A stretch of 64,000 bases of DNA from a virus. A model generated the notes under the pieces. The model ran no database searches. It had not been told where the DNA came from and was given only the letters and a program-made list of their open reading frames with translations. Made by a program: the position numbers and the translations under genes. This document shows positions 39,554-48,384 of this stretch, piece after piece. Positions within the stretch are counted from its first letter, which is position 1; every line of letters begins with the position of its first letter. Location of the stretch: IMG/VR virus record IMGVR_UViG_3300049846_002551, positions 29,937-93,936 of that record; one strand, written 5' to 3'.

Positions 39554-40100
39554 TTTATCAGCGGCGAGAGTTTTTGGGTTAGGATATTTTGACGCAACAG
39601 AGGCTAGTCCGTTTTATGATAGGTTGATGATTCCTATTCATGACGCTTATGGAGAACTTGTTTCTTTTCAAGGTAGGGCACTATTTAATTATGAACACAG
39701 TGGTGCGCCAAAATATTATCATGCACCTTTTGAAAAGAGTACGGTTCTTTATGGGCTATGGGAAAATGCTTCATGGATGGTGGAAGAGTCCTACGCTGTT
39801 ATTGTCGAGGGACCATTAGACGTGATTGCCTTATGGGACGCAGGAGTTCCTGCAATCGCAACAATGGGAACTTCATTTTCTCAGGCTCAAGCGTATTTGT
39901 TTAGGCGTTACACGAAGAAAGCGGTGTTGTGGTTGGATGCAGATGTCGCAGGTGAAAAAGCACGAGAGGTTATTCGTAGAAGTCTTTCACCATTAGGCGT
40001 AGTGATCTCTGAAGTTTCGAAATACAGAGTTTACAAAGATGCAAGTGACGCATGGCAGAAAGCAGGACACGATGGGATCAAGAGAGAACTAAATGGATAA
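39471..40100 (+). CDS. Primase catalytic core/TOPRIM domain (stand-alone)
   Basis: YLKNR, RLMIPI, FQGR, PKY, VEGPLD, TMGT, LDADVAG, KDASD. Confidence 0.85.
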   Translation: MDGPILEYHQRLLESPKSLRYLKNRRISLSAARVFGLGYFDATEASPFYDRLMIPIHDAYGELVSFQGRALFNYEHSGAPKYYHAPFEKSTVLYGLWENASWMVEESYAVIVEGPLDVIALWDAGVPAIATMGTSFSQAQAYLFRRYTKKAVLWLDADVAGEKAREVIRRSLSPLGVVISEVSKYRVYKDASDAWQKAGHDGIKRELNG

Positions 40101-40503
40101 AACGATGAAAGATTCGGAATCTTATTGTGCAACTATTTACACAAAATACACGAGTATTCTACGGATTGTGGTTTCCATACAAGAATATGTTTTGCGAAAT
40201 TTTTCAGCAACAGGTTTGGTTACAGATTTTCCTGTAGTGGCATTTGATAGTTCAAGTACTCGACGTAAGAATGCTTGCGAAGTCTGTACATTTATAAAAC
40301 CACAGTTGATTATTGGACCTGAAGCTGAAGTAGACGACGCGATACAAATGTATGTGCGTTTGCTGGTTGAAGAGTACTGTTATAGGTATCGCTCCATTAC
40401 TAACATCCAGTTGGATGTAAGGGAGTTCGACATTAAAAATGATAAATGGCGCGATTACCTTAAAGGAATGATTCTTGGTTCAATATCAGGTATGGCACTT
40501 TAA
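40093..40503 (+). CDS. Hypothetical protein
   Basis: Coupled ORF. Confidence 0.55.
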   Translation: MDKTMKDSESYCATIYTKYTSILRIVVSIQEYVLRNFSATGLVTDFPVVAFDSSSTRRKNACEVCTFIKPQLIIGPEAEVDDAIQMYVRLLVEEYCYRYRSITNIQLDVREFDIKNDKWRDYLKGMILGSISGMAL

Positions 40504-41537
40504 TGAAAACACTTGCTAAAGTAGAACTAAAAAATTATCGCTCACATGAATATAGTGTGATTGAGTTTGGAATGTTGACTTCTATCATTGGAGAGAATGA
40601 TGCTGGGAAGAGCAACGTGTATAGAGCTATTAATATGGTGCTCCTTAATCTTCCGTTTTCAGAAGCACAGTTACGTTATGGAACGAAAGAAGGTTCGGTA
40701 AAGATTACGTTTAGCGATGGAAGCACAATTATTCGAATGCGGAAGGGTTCTAAACAATCGTGCCAGTTATTTGATACAGTTAAAACAACCACCTATGAGA
40801 CTATTAAGGATATCACTTCCATTGTTCAAGATTTTACAGGTTTCAAGCAAGTAATACTTGACAAGAATTCTAGACCGGAATCTATTCAATTAATTCCTCT
40901 GAATTCGCCGCAATCTTATTTAGTAGATGGTACGTCCACCGATGGAGTACTTCGGCGTGTTAATCGATTGATGTCTGGTGCAGGTATTGAAACTGCTCGA
41001 ATCTCATTGGAGAAAGAGTTACGAGTTTTAGAAAAATCTAACGCGAGTTTAGAGACGGAATTAGAAAAGCAACAAGCCATTGTGGATTACCTTTCTCGTG
41101 ATGAGTGGGAAGAGTTTGATGAATGTTTGAAATCCACTAACGAACGCTTACTCCAATTGGATAATTATGAAGAAGTTGTGGCTGTGATTACGGAGTTTGA
41201 ACCTTTTTTGAAACAAATTGACCATCTAGTTACGGCGCGAGATGTTTTTGCAGATAGTTTAAATGAAGTATACGCTTTAAAGGAAAAAATTGAAAAGCTT
41301 GAAGTAGTTACAAATTTGAATTCGTTGTTATTTAACGCGCAGAAAGTGATAGCTGAGAACTTAGGGTTGTTAGATAAGGAATACGAGCAAGACGACGAGT
41401 TGAAAAAACGATTGCAAGAAGTGCAGGACAAAATTAATAAAGCGACGGCAGAGCATTTAGCTCAAGTCGCTGAGGAAGAGCGCATTAAAGCGTTACAGGA
41501 TAAGAAAATTTGTCCAGAGTGTAAGAGGCCACTATGA
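40503..41537 (+). CDS. SbcC/Rad50-like ATPase, N-terminal half
   Basis: NYRSH, GENDAGKS Walker A, coiled coil, terminal CPEC zinc hook. Confidence 0.85.
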   Translation: MKTLAKVELKNYRSHEYSVIEFGMLTSIIGENDAGKSNVYRAINMVLLNLPFSEAQLRYGTKEGSVKITFSDGSTIIRMRKGSKQSCQLFDTVKTTTYETIKDITSIVQDFTGFKQVILDKNSRPESIQLIPLNSPQSYLVDGTSTDGVLRRVNRLMSGAGIETARISLEKELRVLEKSNASLETELEKQQAIVDYLSRDEWEEFDECLKSTNERLLQLDNYEEVVAVITEFEPFLKQIDHLVTARDVFADSLNEVYALKEKIEKLEVVTNLNSLLFNAQKVIAENLGLLDKEYEQDDELKKRLQEVQDKINKATAEHLAQVAEEERIKALQDKKICPECKRPL

Positions 41538-42484
41538 GTAAGTTGTCAATTGTTTCTTTTACAGACCCCCATATTCGGATGACAACTCCGCAAGCCAGAT
41601 GTGACACAAACTGGTTGGAGCAATGTTTAGGACAAGTAGAAGCTGTATTCAATTTTGCGAATCAAAAGCGCGCAAGGGCCGTCGTTTGTTCTGGAGATGT
41701 GGGGGATTCTCCGGCTTGGAGTGACTTAGCGATTGTTGGTCTGTATAAAATTTTAGAGCAATACAAACATATTCCATTTATTACGACGGTGGGACAGCAT
41801 GATGTACGGGGTCATCAGATCGCTGATTGGAGGCAGTCGTCTATTGGTTTATTGTCGCTGTTAAGTAATCTAGTAACCGTTTTAATTGGAGGGCAATCGA
41901 TTATTTTAGATAGAAAGCTGGAGATTTTTGGTTTCGGATTCAATGAACCAGAAACGTTAGCTTTTCTAGACGGCAAGTTTCCTTTTGATGTTAATAGCAA
42001 ATATTTTCGAATGGCTTTAGTACATGCTCAAGTGGGACCATCAGAATCGATGGGTTGGCAAGGAATTGAAAACCAAAAATTACAGGGATGTCAAGTAGCA
42101 AGCTTTGGGGATATTCATTGCGGGTTTGAACCTTATGAATTTCCTTCTGGAACAGTTGCTTATTCAACTGGGAGTCTAGTGCGGAGCAGTTTAACCGACA
42201 TGGGGCGAACTCCGATGTGTGCGGTAATTGAGATTCTTGAAAATCAAGAGTTCACGTTGGACTTCCATGAAATTCCGGATGGTGATGATAGTGTTGTGTT
42301 CTACAATAACGCTGTGGTAGATTCAAGTGTAGATACCGCGATTGAGTTTAAAAACATGGTGCAAAAAGCGCGAGAGCATCAAGACGAAACTCCTATTAAA
42401 CGACTACAGCGTGTTGGAGTTGACAATGGATTCACTCAAAAGCAAATTGATTTAGCCATTAATAAATTGGAGGATGTGGACTGA
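41534..42484 (+). CDS. SbcD/Mre11-like metallophosphoesterase nuclease
   Basis: DPH, SGDVGD, GQHD, VH, GDIH, GSL.R. Confidence 0.85.
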   Translation: MSKLSIVSFTDPHIRMTTPQARCDTNWLEQCLGQVEAVFNFANQKRARAVVCSGDVGDSPAWSDLAIVGLYKILEQYKHIPFITTVGQHDVRGHQIADWRQSSIGLLSLLSNLVTVLIGGQSIILDRKLEIFGFGFNEPETLAFLDGKFPFDVNSKYFRMALVHAQVGPSESMGWQGIENQKLQGCQVASFGDIHCGFEPYEFPSGTVAYSTGSLVRSSLTDMGRTPMCAVIEILENQEFTLDFHEIPDGDDSVVFYNNAVVDSSVDTAIEFKNMVQKAREHQDETPIKRLQRVGVDNGFTQKQIDLAINKLEDVD

Positions 42485-42777
42485 TGGATTTGAATGAATT
42501 GAAAGCAGAATATCGGAAACTAGAGGTAAATGCAAGAGATGTATCTCTAGCCATCGGTCAGCATGAAGCAAAATTAGATCATGCGTTAGAATCTTTAAAG
42601 TCGGCTATTCCAGATTTAGATATTTCTGATCCTAGGGCAATTAATTTTGACAAGTTGATGAAGGACACCATTAAAGAGCAAAATAAATTGTCAAGTCAAC
42701 TGGAATCGGAACTTGAAGTTTTAAGGGAGCGCATCGAAAAAGCCAATGATGGACTACAAAAGCTTATCGGAAATTAG
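42484..42777 (+). CDS. Coiled-coil protein (probable middle fragment of split SbcC)
   Basis: Heptad pattern; sits between SbcD and SbcC C-half. Confidence 0.55.
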   Translation: MDLNELKAEYRKLEVNARDVSLAIGQHEAKLDHALESLKSAIPDLDISDPRAINFDKLMKDTIKEQNKLSSQLESELEVLRERIEKANDGLQKLIGN

Positions 42778-43408
42778 TCATACGTTGTATGGCGAATTAA
42801 TCGCCCATGCGCGAATTAAGAGTAGCGAAACTTCTCGATTAAAAACGATAGAGTCTGTTGTTAATACGAATCGCACCGACATCGAAGATTACAAAGCGTC
42901 GATTAACCTATGTCGCGTTTGTATTCAAGAACAGGCGGCCTCGAAAGAGCACATAGAAAACATTATCACTACACTTCTTAATGGAGTAATGAGCGGTGTG
43001 CATACGCAGTACGCTTTTGCTGGGGATATTCCTTATTACGAATACAAATTAGAAGAAGTTATTGATGCGGTTGGAGCCGTGGTTGGATTAAAGCCAACAG
43101 TGTATAAAAACGGGGTTGCAGATGATCCGGATAGTTTTGGTGGGGGAGTACAAAACCTGATCAAGTTTGGGTCCAATCTTATTCATGTTCTATTAAATCC
43201 AACTATTTCTCCGGTGGTGATTCTCGATGAACCAATGACCAATCTCTCCCCAAAAGCTTGGAAATTCGTGGTGAGGTTTTTGGTGGATTTGCAAAAGGAT
43301 TTAGGTATTCAAGTGGTTGCCATAACCCATTCAGGGGCGCAGTTTCCGGATACTTGGATGGTTTGGCGTGAGGGCCAAACTTCCTATGTTAGGTATTTGG
43401 AAGAATAA
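42746..43408 (+). CDS. SbcC/Rad50-like ATPase, C-terminal half
   Basis: Signature-like FGGGVQ, Walker B VVILDEP, H-switch ITH. Confidence 0.8.
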   Translation: MMDYKSLSEISHTLYGELIAHARIKSSETSRLKTIESVVNTNRTDIEDYKASINLCRVCIQEQAASKEHIENIITTLLNGVMSGVHTQYAFAGDIPYYEYKLEEVIDAVGAVVGLKPTVYKNGVADDPDSFGGGVQNLIKFGSNLIHVLLNPTISPVVILDEPMTNLSPKAWKFVVRFLVDLQKDLGIQVVAITHSGAQFPDTWMVWREGQTSYVRYLEE

Positions 43409-43470
43409 ACTGTTTGATTTTTTAAAGTTGGCCCAGTCTAGTGTAAAATACGGGTAGGAATTAGAAATCT

Positions 43471-44133
43471 ATGCCAAATGCTGTAGCACGACTTGAGTGG
43501 CCTAGCGGCGTCTCGACTTTCGAAGCTTTGATTGCGATTGCCGGACGGGTAGAGCAACAATTAAACGGAAACGGGGACCCTGTTTATATAGGGTACGCGC
43601 CGAAAGCGGATTCTAGAACTGATGCGGATGGGTGGATTATCGAGTATCGAATTTACGATGCGTCGAATAAACTTTTGACTATTCATAGAAAAGCCGGATT
43701 CTCATGGAATTCTCGGACAGCGGTTATGGCACTGGTTCATTTGAAGGATATTGCTCCGGCAAATGCTCACGTTAGTATGGCTGGTAATGCAAGGGCTGTT
43801 CAATATGAACGCGGAGCCGGACTTGGGTCTTTAGTTTTGAATCAAATCGGAACTATCGCTTATAAGAAAGTCAAGGTTGCACGATTTTCTGCGGCATCTC
43901 AGATCAAACTTTTGCAAGGACGTTGTTTACCAAGTTCGCTGATTCGCGCCTACATGGGAGTTAATCAACTTTCTATGTCGGCAACTGTTAGTGATGCGGG
44001 GACAGTTCAATTAGGTGTCGGTGTGCTTGGTCAAATGGATGTACAGTCGACTGTTCGTTCTGGATCATACAAAGGTGGATTCGGTGTTGGAAGGATGGTA
44101 ATTTCGGCTACTGCTAACGGCATCCAGGTTTAA
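43471..44133 (+). CDS. Hypothetical protein, possibly structural
   Basis: VYIGYA...WII.YRIYD...W..R motif followed by Gly/Ala/Ser-rich beta repeats. Confidence 0.5.
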   Translation: MPNAVARLEWPSGVSTFEALIAIAGRVEQQLNGNGDPVYIGYAPKADSRTDADGWIIEYRIYDASNKLLTIHRKAGFSWNSRTAVMALVHLKDIAPANAHVSMAGNARAVQYERGAGLGSLVLNQIGTIAYKKVKVARFSAASQIKLLQGRCLPSSLIRAYMGVNQLSMSATVSDAGTVQLGVGVLGQMDVQSTVRSGSYKGGFGVGRMVISATANGIQV

Positions 44134-44157
44134 AATTCCATACGGTAGTATTACCTT

Positions 44158-44685
44158 ATGGCAAGTTCGAAAGCAACACCAAAGAAACGTCGGGTGTCAT
44201 TTAAAGGCGCACGGCAAAAGGGTACACGAGCAGAAACTGAGTTTGTTGAAATTATGCGTTCACTTGGGATTCCAAGTCAACGAGTTTTAGCCTCTGGTTC
44301 TTTTGTGGGAGCGAAAGCTGACGTAAAAGTGGGGGTGCGATTAAACCGAGATAACACATATCCGGCTCCAGATGAAAGTGCTTCTATTATGCGGGTCGAA
44401 GTCAAGAACCAGGCTACGAATCCAGAGGTGCCGTTTTCGGTTATAAACGCTATACCGACTCAAGGAATGGTGTTTGCACCTACACCAAAAGATGCGCCTG
44501 CATTGTATTGGAAATATCTAAATCAAGACGCTGTTAGCAAAGCTGTCATACTGCGTCGAGCGAAAGTTCCATCTAATGCCGTGGCAAGTAAAGATTGGAA
44601 TCAAGTATTCATGGTAGCGATGGGTTTAGATGATTTTGCGAAGTTGTTTAAAAAAGCTTACGGACATGAACTAGGTAGTGAATGA
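44158..44685 (+). CDS. Holliday junction resolvase (Hjc-like PD-(D/E)XK)
   Basis: RQKGTRAETEF...SG...ADV...EVKNQ. Confidence 0.7.
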   Translation: MASSKATPKKRRVSFKGARQKGTRAETEFVEIMRSLGIPSQRVLASGSFVGAKADVKVGVRLNRDNTYPAPDESASIMRVEVKNQATNPEVPFSVINAIPTQGMVFAPTPKDAPALYWKYLNQDAVSKAVILRRAKVPSNAVASKDWNQVFMVAMGLDDFAKLFKKAYGHELGSE

Positions 44686-44948
44686 AAGTAAAGAATCGGG
44701 CTTTAATTTTTGGACGCTTTGCTCCTGAAAAGAGGAAGTTCTTTTTAGATTTGCATCAACAAATTTTAGGTGCGAATATCCGTCGAGTGTCAATCCAAAA
44801 CACCCCAGGATTTAGGTTTAATGTATTAATCTGCGCGATTTGCAAGGAGTTCTATTGGTTGACAGACGTATATTCGAATCTAGATTACTGCCCGCGATGT
44901 GCCTCTAACGTTGCTACATTAAGGAGAATTAATGCTAACTGCGTCTGA
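44682..44948 (+). CDS. Zinc-ribbon protein
   Basis: CAIC...CPRC. Confidence 0.55.
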   Translation: MKVKNRALIFGRFAPEKRKFFLDLHQQILGANIRRVSIQNTPGFRFNVLICAICKEFYWLTDVYSNLDYCPRCASNVATLRRINANCV

Positions 44949-45579
44949 AATCAGAGAATTGCGCGAGAAGTATGTGGCATCTTTAGACCAAGAAAACGCT
45001 CCGGCTATTGCTACATTCTGTCAAGATAACGGTTATACCGATGATGCGGATATCAAAAAAGTTTTGCGCTTGGCTAAAAAAGAAAATTGGGAAGCGCATC
45101 GAGTTAAACGTCGTGCTAAGTTGGCTCTTGCGCTGGAAAAACGCGAAGATAAGCTTATAGCCAAACTTGCTGATGATATGATGCAGGTTAGAGAAGGCTT
45201 TATCAAGGATCAAATCAATGAAGTCAATGATTTGCTTCCGAAAATGATTGAAGAGCTTAGAGCGAGAATGGAGACAGGGTTTTTTGACGATAAGGCTTTG
45301 ATACAAGGCATTAAATTGATGATGGAATCTCGAAGTTCCTTAATGGCTTTAATCGATAAACAATACGGTTCCGATGCTAACGCTAATGTGGCGCAACAGG
45401 GCAATCTGTTTGATTTTTTAAACCGATTGGCTTTTCTAAGTCGACTGGTTGAAGTGAATGACGGAAAAATTTCATCGGTTACATTGGACCCTTCAAACTA
45501 CAAACATTTGAGTGAGCAGGATGACAAAGAACGCACCGCTCTTACGGAATTAGATTCGGAGGTGCTCAATGAGAAATGA
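44932..45579 (+). CDS. Probable terminase small subunit
   Basis: N-terminal HTH-like segment with ENW..HR, helical; directly upstream of and overlapping large terminase. Confidence 0.55.
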   Translation: MLTASEIRELREKYVASLDQENAPAIATFCQDNGYTDDADIKKVLRLAKKENWEAHRVKRRAKLALALEKREDKLIAKLADDMMQVREGFIKDQINEVNDLLPKMIEELRARMETGFFDDKALIQGIKLMMESRSSLMALIDKQYGSDANANVAQQGNLFDFLNRLAFLSRLVEVNDGKISSVTLDPSNYKHLSEQDDKERTALTELDSEVLNEK

Positions 45580-48274
45580 GATTGATTCTCAAATTCACGA
45601 ACGACTTATACAAAATAAAAAGCGCGAAGCATGGGATGCAGATAGCAAAACTGTTATCGAGCATGCGCTTATGATGGGTCTTGAAGATCGAGAAGAGCTA
45701 GTTCGTAAAGCTAGAGATTTAGCTTGTACTCAAGCACCACGAACACCGACAGAGCTATGGCATGCGATACACCTTTTATTCGGGTACAAGGTTCCTTTGA
45801 CTTCTACACATCCCGATTTTAATGCACCATTTGAATGGTTTAGCAAAGCATATTTTAATGTTACAGATGACTCGGTTGCATTAGCAAGTCGTGGTTCTGG
45901 AAAAACATTGTTAGGTTCAATTCTTACAGCTATTAAATCTATTTGGAATCCTGGTTATGAGGCTGTGCATGCTGGTGGCACACAGGTGCAAGCGCACGTG
46001 GCGTCATCTTATTTGAATACGTTCTATACGTTTCCGCATTTCAAACCTTTGTTCGATGGCAAACCTGCAAAGTTTTCTGCAAGCTGGAAGAACAATTCTC
46101 AATTCAAGATCGTGACTGGAAGTATGAAAGGTGTGTCTGGTCAGCATCCTATTTTATTGACGCTCGATGAGATCGAGTTTTGGGAAATTGAAGCTTTAAC
46201 ACAGACTTTTGAAGTTCCTGTAAATAAGCAAAATTATCGGCGCGTGTGGACGGCATTCTCTACTAGACAACGATGCTTACCTGGTTATACACGAATTTTA
46301 ACCGAAGATGGGCCAATGAAAATTTCCAAGGTGGTTCGTACTCGCTATGCTGGAAAAGTTAAATCTTTTAATAGTGTAACTCAAGTATGGGAATGGAAAC
46401 AAGTTATTGATTGGTACCACAATGGTTCGAGTAGCGAATGGTTTAAAATTTATCTTGAATATACAGGATTAGGTCGGGGTTGTGAATTAATTGCAACAAA
46501 AGAACATTATGTTTACTATGCTCCAGGCAAGAAAAAACCTCTTGATCAGTTTGTAGAAGGAGATTGTTTATGTTTGCCATCTTGGTGTCCAAGCGGTGAT
46601 CAACGTCAATTATTATTAGGAACGCTGTTAGGGGATGCCTGTCTTAGTGGTGGTTCTTTACGCGTGGAGCATTCTAGCAAACAAGTTAATTATTTACGTT
46701 GGTTTGGTAGAGCTTTTAAAGAAGAAGCGTTGCCAGAAGATTATAATGAGAAGCGGGATCATTATCTACAGCGTTTAAAAGTTTCTCCATATTTACATAG
46801 ATTACAAAAAGAATGGTATCCCGATAAAGTTAAACGAATTCCAGATTATGTATGGGAAGAGCTTGACGAAAGAGGACTTGCAGTTTGGTTAATGGATGAT
46901 GGTTCATATCGTAAAGCGGGTACTAATAACGGTGGTGACACTTGGCATATTTATTGTAATCATTTTAATTCTCATGAACGCGAACAAATGCAGAAATGGT
47001 TTAAATGTCGTGGAGTTTATTTAACATGGATGGAGATGCGTCCTGGACAATTTTATGCATATATTGGTGGAGCCTACGCTCGTCTTGTTACAGAGATGGT
47101 AAAAGCGTATATTGATGTGTCTACACACCTCGGTGTGCGACAAGGATGGAAACGATGGGTTGCTTCTGATTATGTAGAAACAGGGCATGAAGGTATTGAA
47201 CAGGTGCCTATTCGTAAAATTGAAGTGCTACAAACAAATCCACAAGGATGTTATGACATTGCCGTAGAAGGAAATCATAATTACTGTAATGGTTCAAATA
47301 TATTAGTTAGCAATTCTTATGGATGTATGAACTGGTTAGTCGATGAGGCACCAAAAAGAGGTTTTTCGTTTTTTCAGTGGTCTGTGTTTGAAGTTATGCA
47401 ACCATGTATTACGTGTGAAGCTTTGGATAAAGAGCCTTATGGAGATGATGAAGCGCGTGAGTGCGTTTGTCCCCTATGGGAAGCTTGTAGAGGTGAACGC
47501 GCTAAAAAATCAAGTGGGTGGCTTCCACTAAAAGATGCACGTGATAAGTGTATTCGGTTAGGTGGACCACGTGGGAGAGAATGGCAAACACAGGGCTTGT
47601 GTAATCGCCCATCTAGTCATGGATTAGTTCTTCACAATTTTGAGCATACTTACAGACCGGATGGGAACTACACGAAGTGGGAGTACAATCCGGAATTACC
47701 GTGGTACGCAGTGCATGATCCTGCGGAGGGCAAAAAGTCTGTTATATATTTTTTGCAAATTTATGATGGTATGACATTTGTGTTTGATGAGTTAGTTGAT
47801 CCGTTATGCCCGGATGTTACCACTGCAAAACAAGCTTTCTATGAGCATTGTTTGCGAATGAAGTACCCCGATCCTGAAAAGATAGTTGTAGACCCGCATC
47901 GAACGGACGCAGTTGCTACATGGAAGTTTGGATCAAAATCTGGAGTCGGTATTTTACACTCGTATAGTGCAGATGTCCCTGATATTTCTGAGGTTTCTGG
48001 CGTTACTCAGTTCTTAACTAAAACGATTGAATTGTTGCGTCAATCAATTTGTGATGGTCGTAATCATCGTAAGCTTTTTATCAATCCAGAATATTGTCCG
48101 CATGCGGTTCGCGGAATAAAAGAGTACCACTATCCAACTGATAAGGTTACTAATGACGTAAATTCAGATATACCACAAAAAGATTATTCGGATGAAGTTG
48201 ATCCCTTACGATATTGGGAGATGTATCGTGTTACGAAATTAAATCAAGGTGGTGGAAGAATTCTTGTTTTGTAG
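45569..48274 (+). CDS. terL: Terminase large subunit with intein
   Basis: ASRGSGKT, LTLDEIE, C-terminal RNaseH-like nuclease (VHDP...VFDE...DEVDPLRY). Confidence 0.85.
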   Translation: MRNEIDSQIHERLIQNKKREAWDADSKTVIEHALMMGLEDREELVRKARDLACTQAPRTPTELWHAIHLLFGYKVPLTSTHPDFNAPFEWFSKAYFNVTDDSVALASRGSGKTLLGSILTAIKSIWNPGYEAVHAGGTQVQAHVASSYLNTFYTFPHFKPLFDGKPAKFSASWKNNSQFKIVTGSMKGVSGQHPILLTLDEIEFWEIEALTQTFEVPVNKQNYRRVWTAFSTRQRCLPGYTRILTEDGPMKISKVVRTRYAGKVKSFNSVTQVWEWKQVIDWYHNGSSSEWFKIYLEYTGLGRGCELIATKEHYVYYAPGKKKPLDQFVEGDCLCLPSWCPSGDQRQLLLGTLLGDACLSGGSLRVEHSSKQVNYLRWFGRAFKEEALPEDYNEKRDHYLQRLKVSPYLHRLQKEWYPDKVKRIPDYVWEELDERGLAVWLMDDGSYRKAGTNNGGDTWHIYCNHFNSHEREQMQKWFKCRGVYLTWMEMRPGQFYAYIGGAYARLVTEMVKAYIDVSTHLGVRQGWKRWVASDYVETGHEGIEQVPIRKIEVLQTNPQGCYDIAVEGNHNYCNGSNILVSNSYGCMNWLVDEAPKRGFSFFQWSVFEVMQPCITCEALDKEPYGDDEARECVCPLWEACRGERAKKSSGWLPLKDARDKCIRLGGPRGREWQTQGLCNRPSSHGLVLHNFEHTYRPDGNYTKWEYNPELPWYAVHDPAEGKKSVIYFLQIYDGMTFVFDELVDPLCPDVTTAKQAFYEHCLRMKYPDPEKIVVDPHRTDAVATWKFGSKSGVGILHSYSADVPDISEVSGVTQFLTKTIELLRQSICDGRNHRKLFINPEYCPHAVRGIKEYHYPTDKVTNDVNSDIPQKDYSDEVDPLRYWEMYRVTKLNQGGGRILVL
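46274..47314 (+). mobile_element. Intein with LAGLIDADG homing endonuclease in terminase
   Basis: CLPGYTRILTEDG...TKEH...LLGTLLGDA...LAVWLMDDGS...YDIAVEGNHNY...VSN/S. Confidence 0.88.
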
Positions 48275-48384
48275 CACCTAAATATACTGGGAAATCTCCA
48301 GAAATTTTTCTAGTCCAATTTCCATGTGTAGACTGTCTATTACCTTTTAGACAGGGTATTTTTGAAGGAGTTCATTTCTACATC

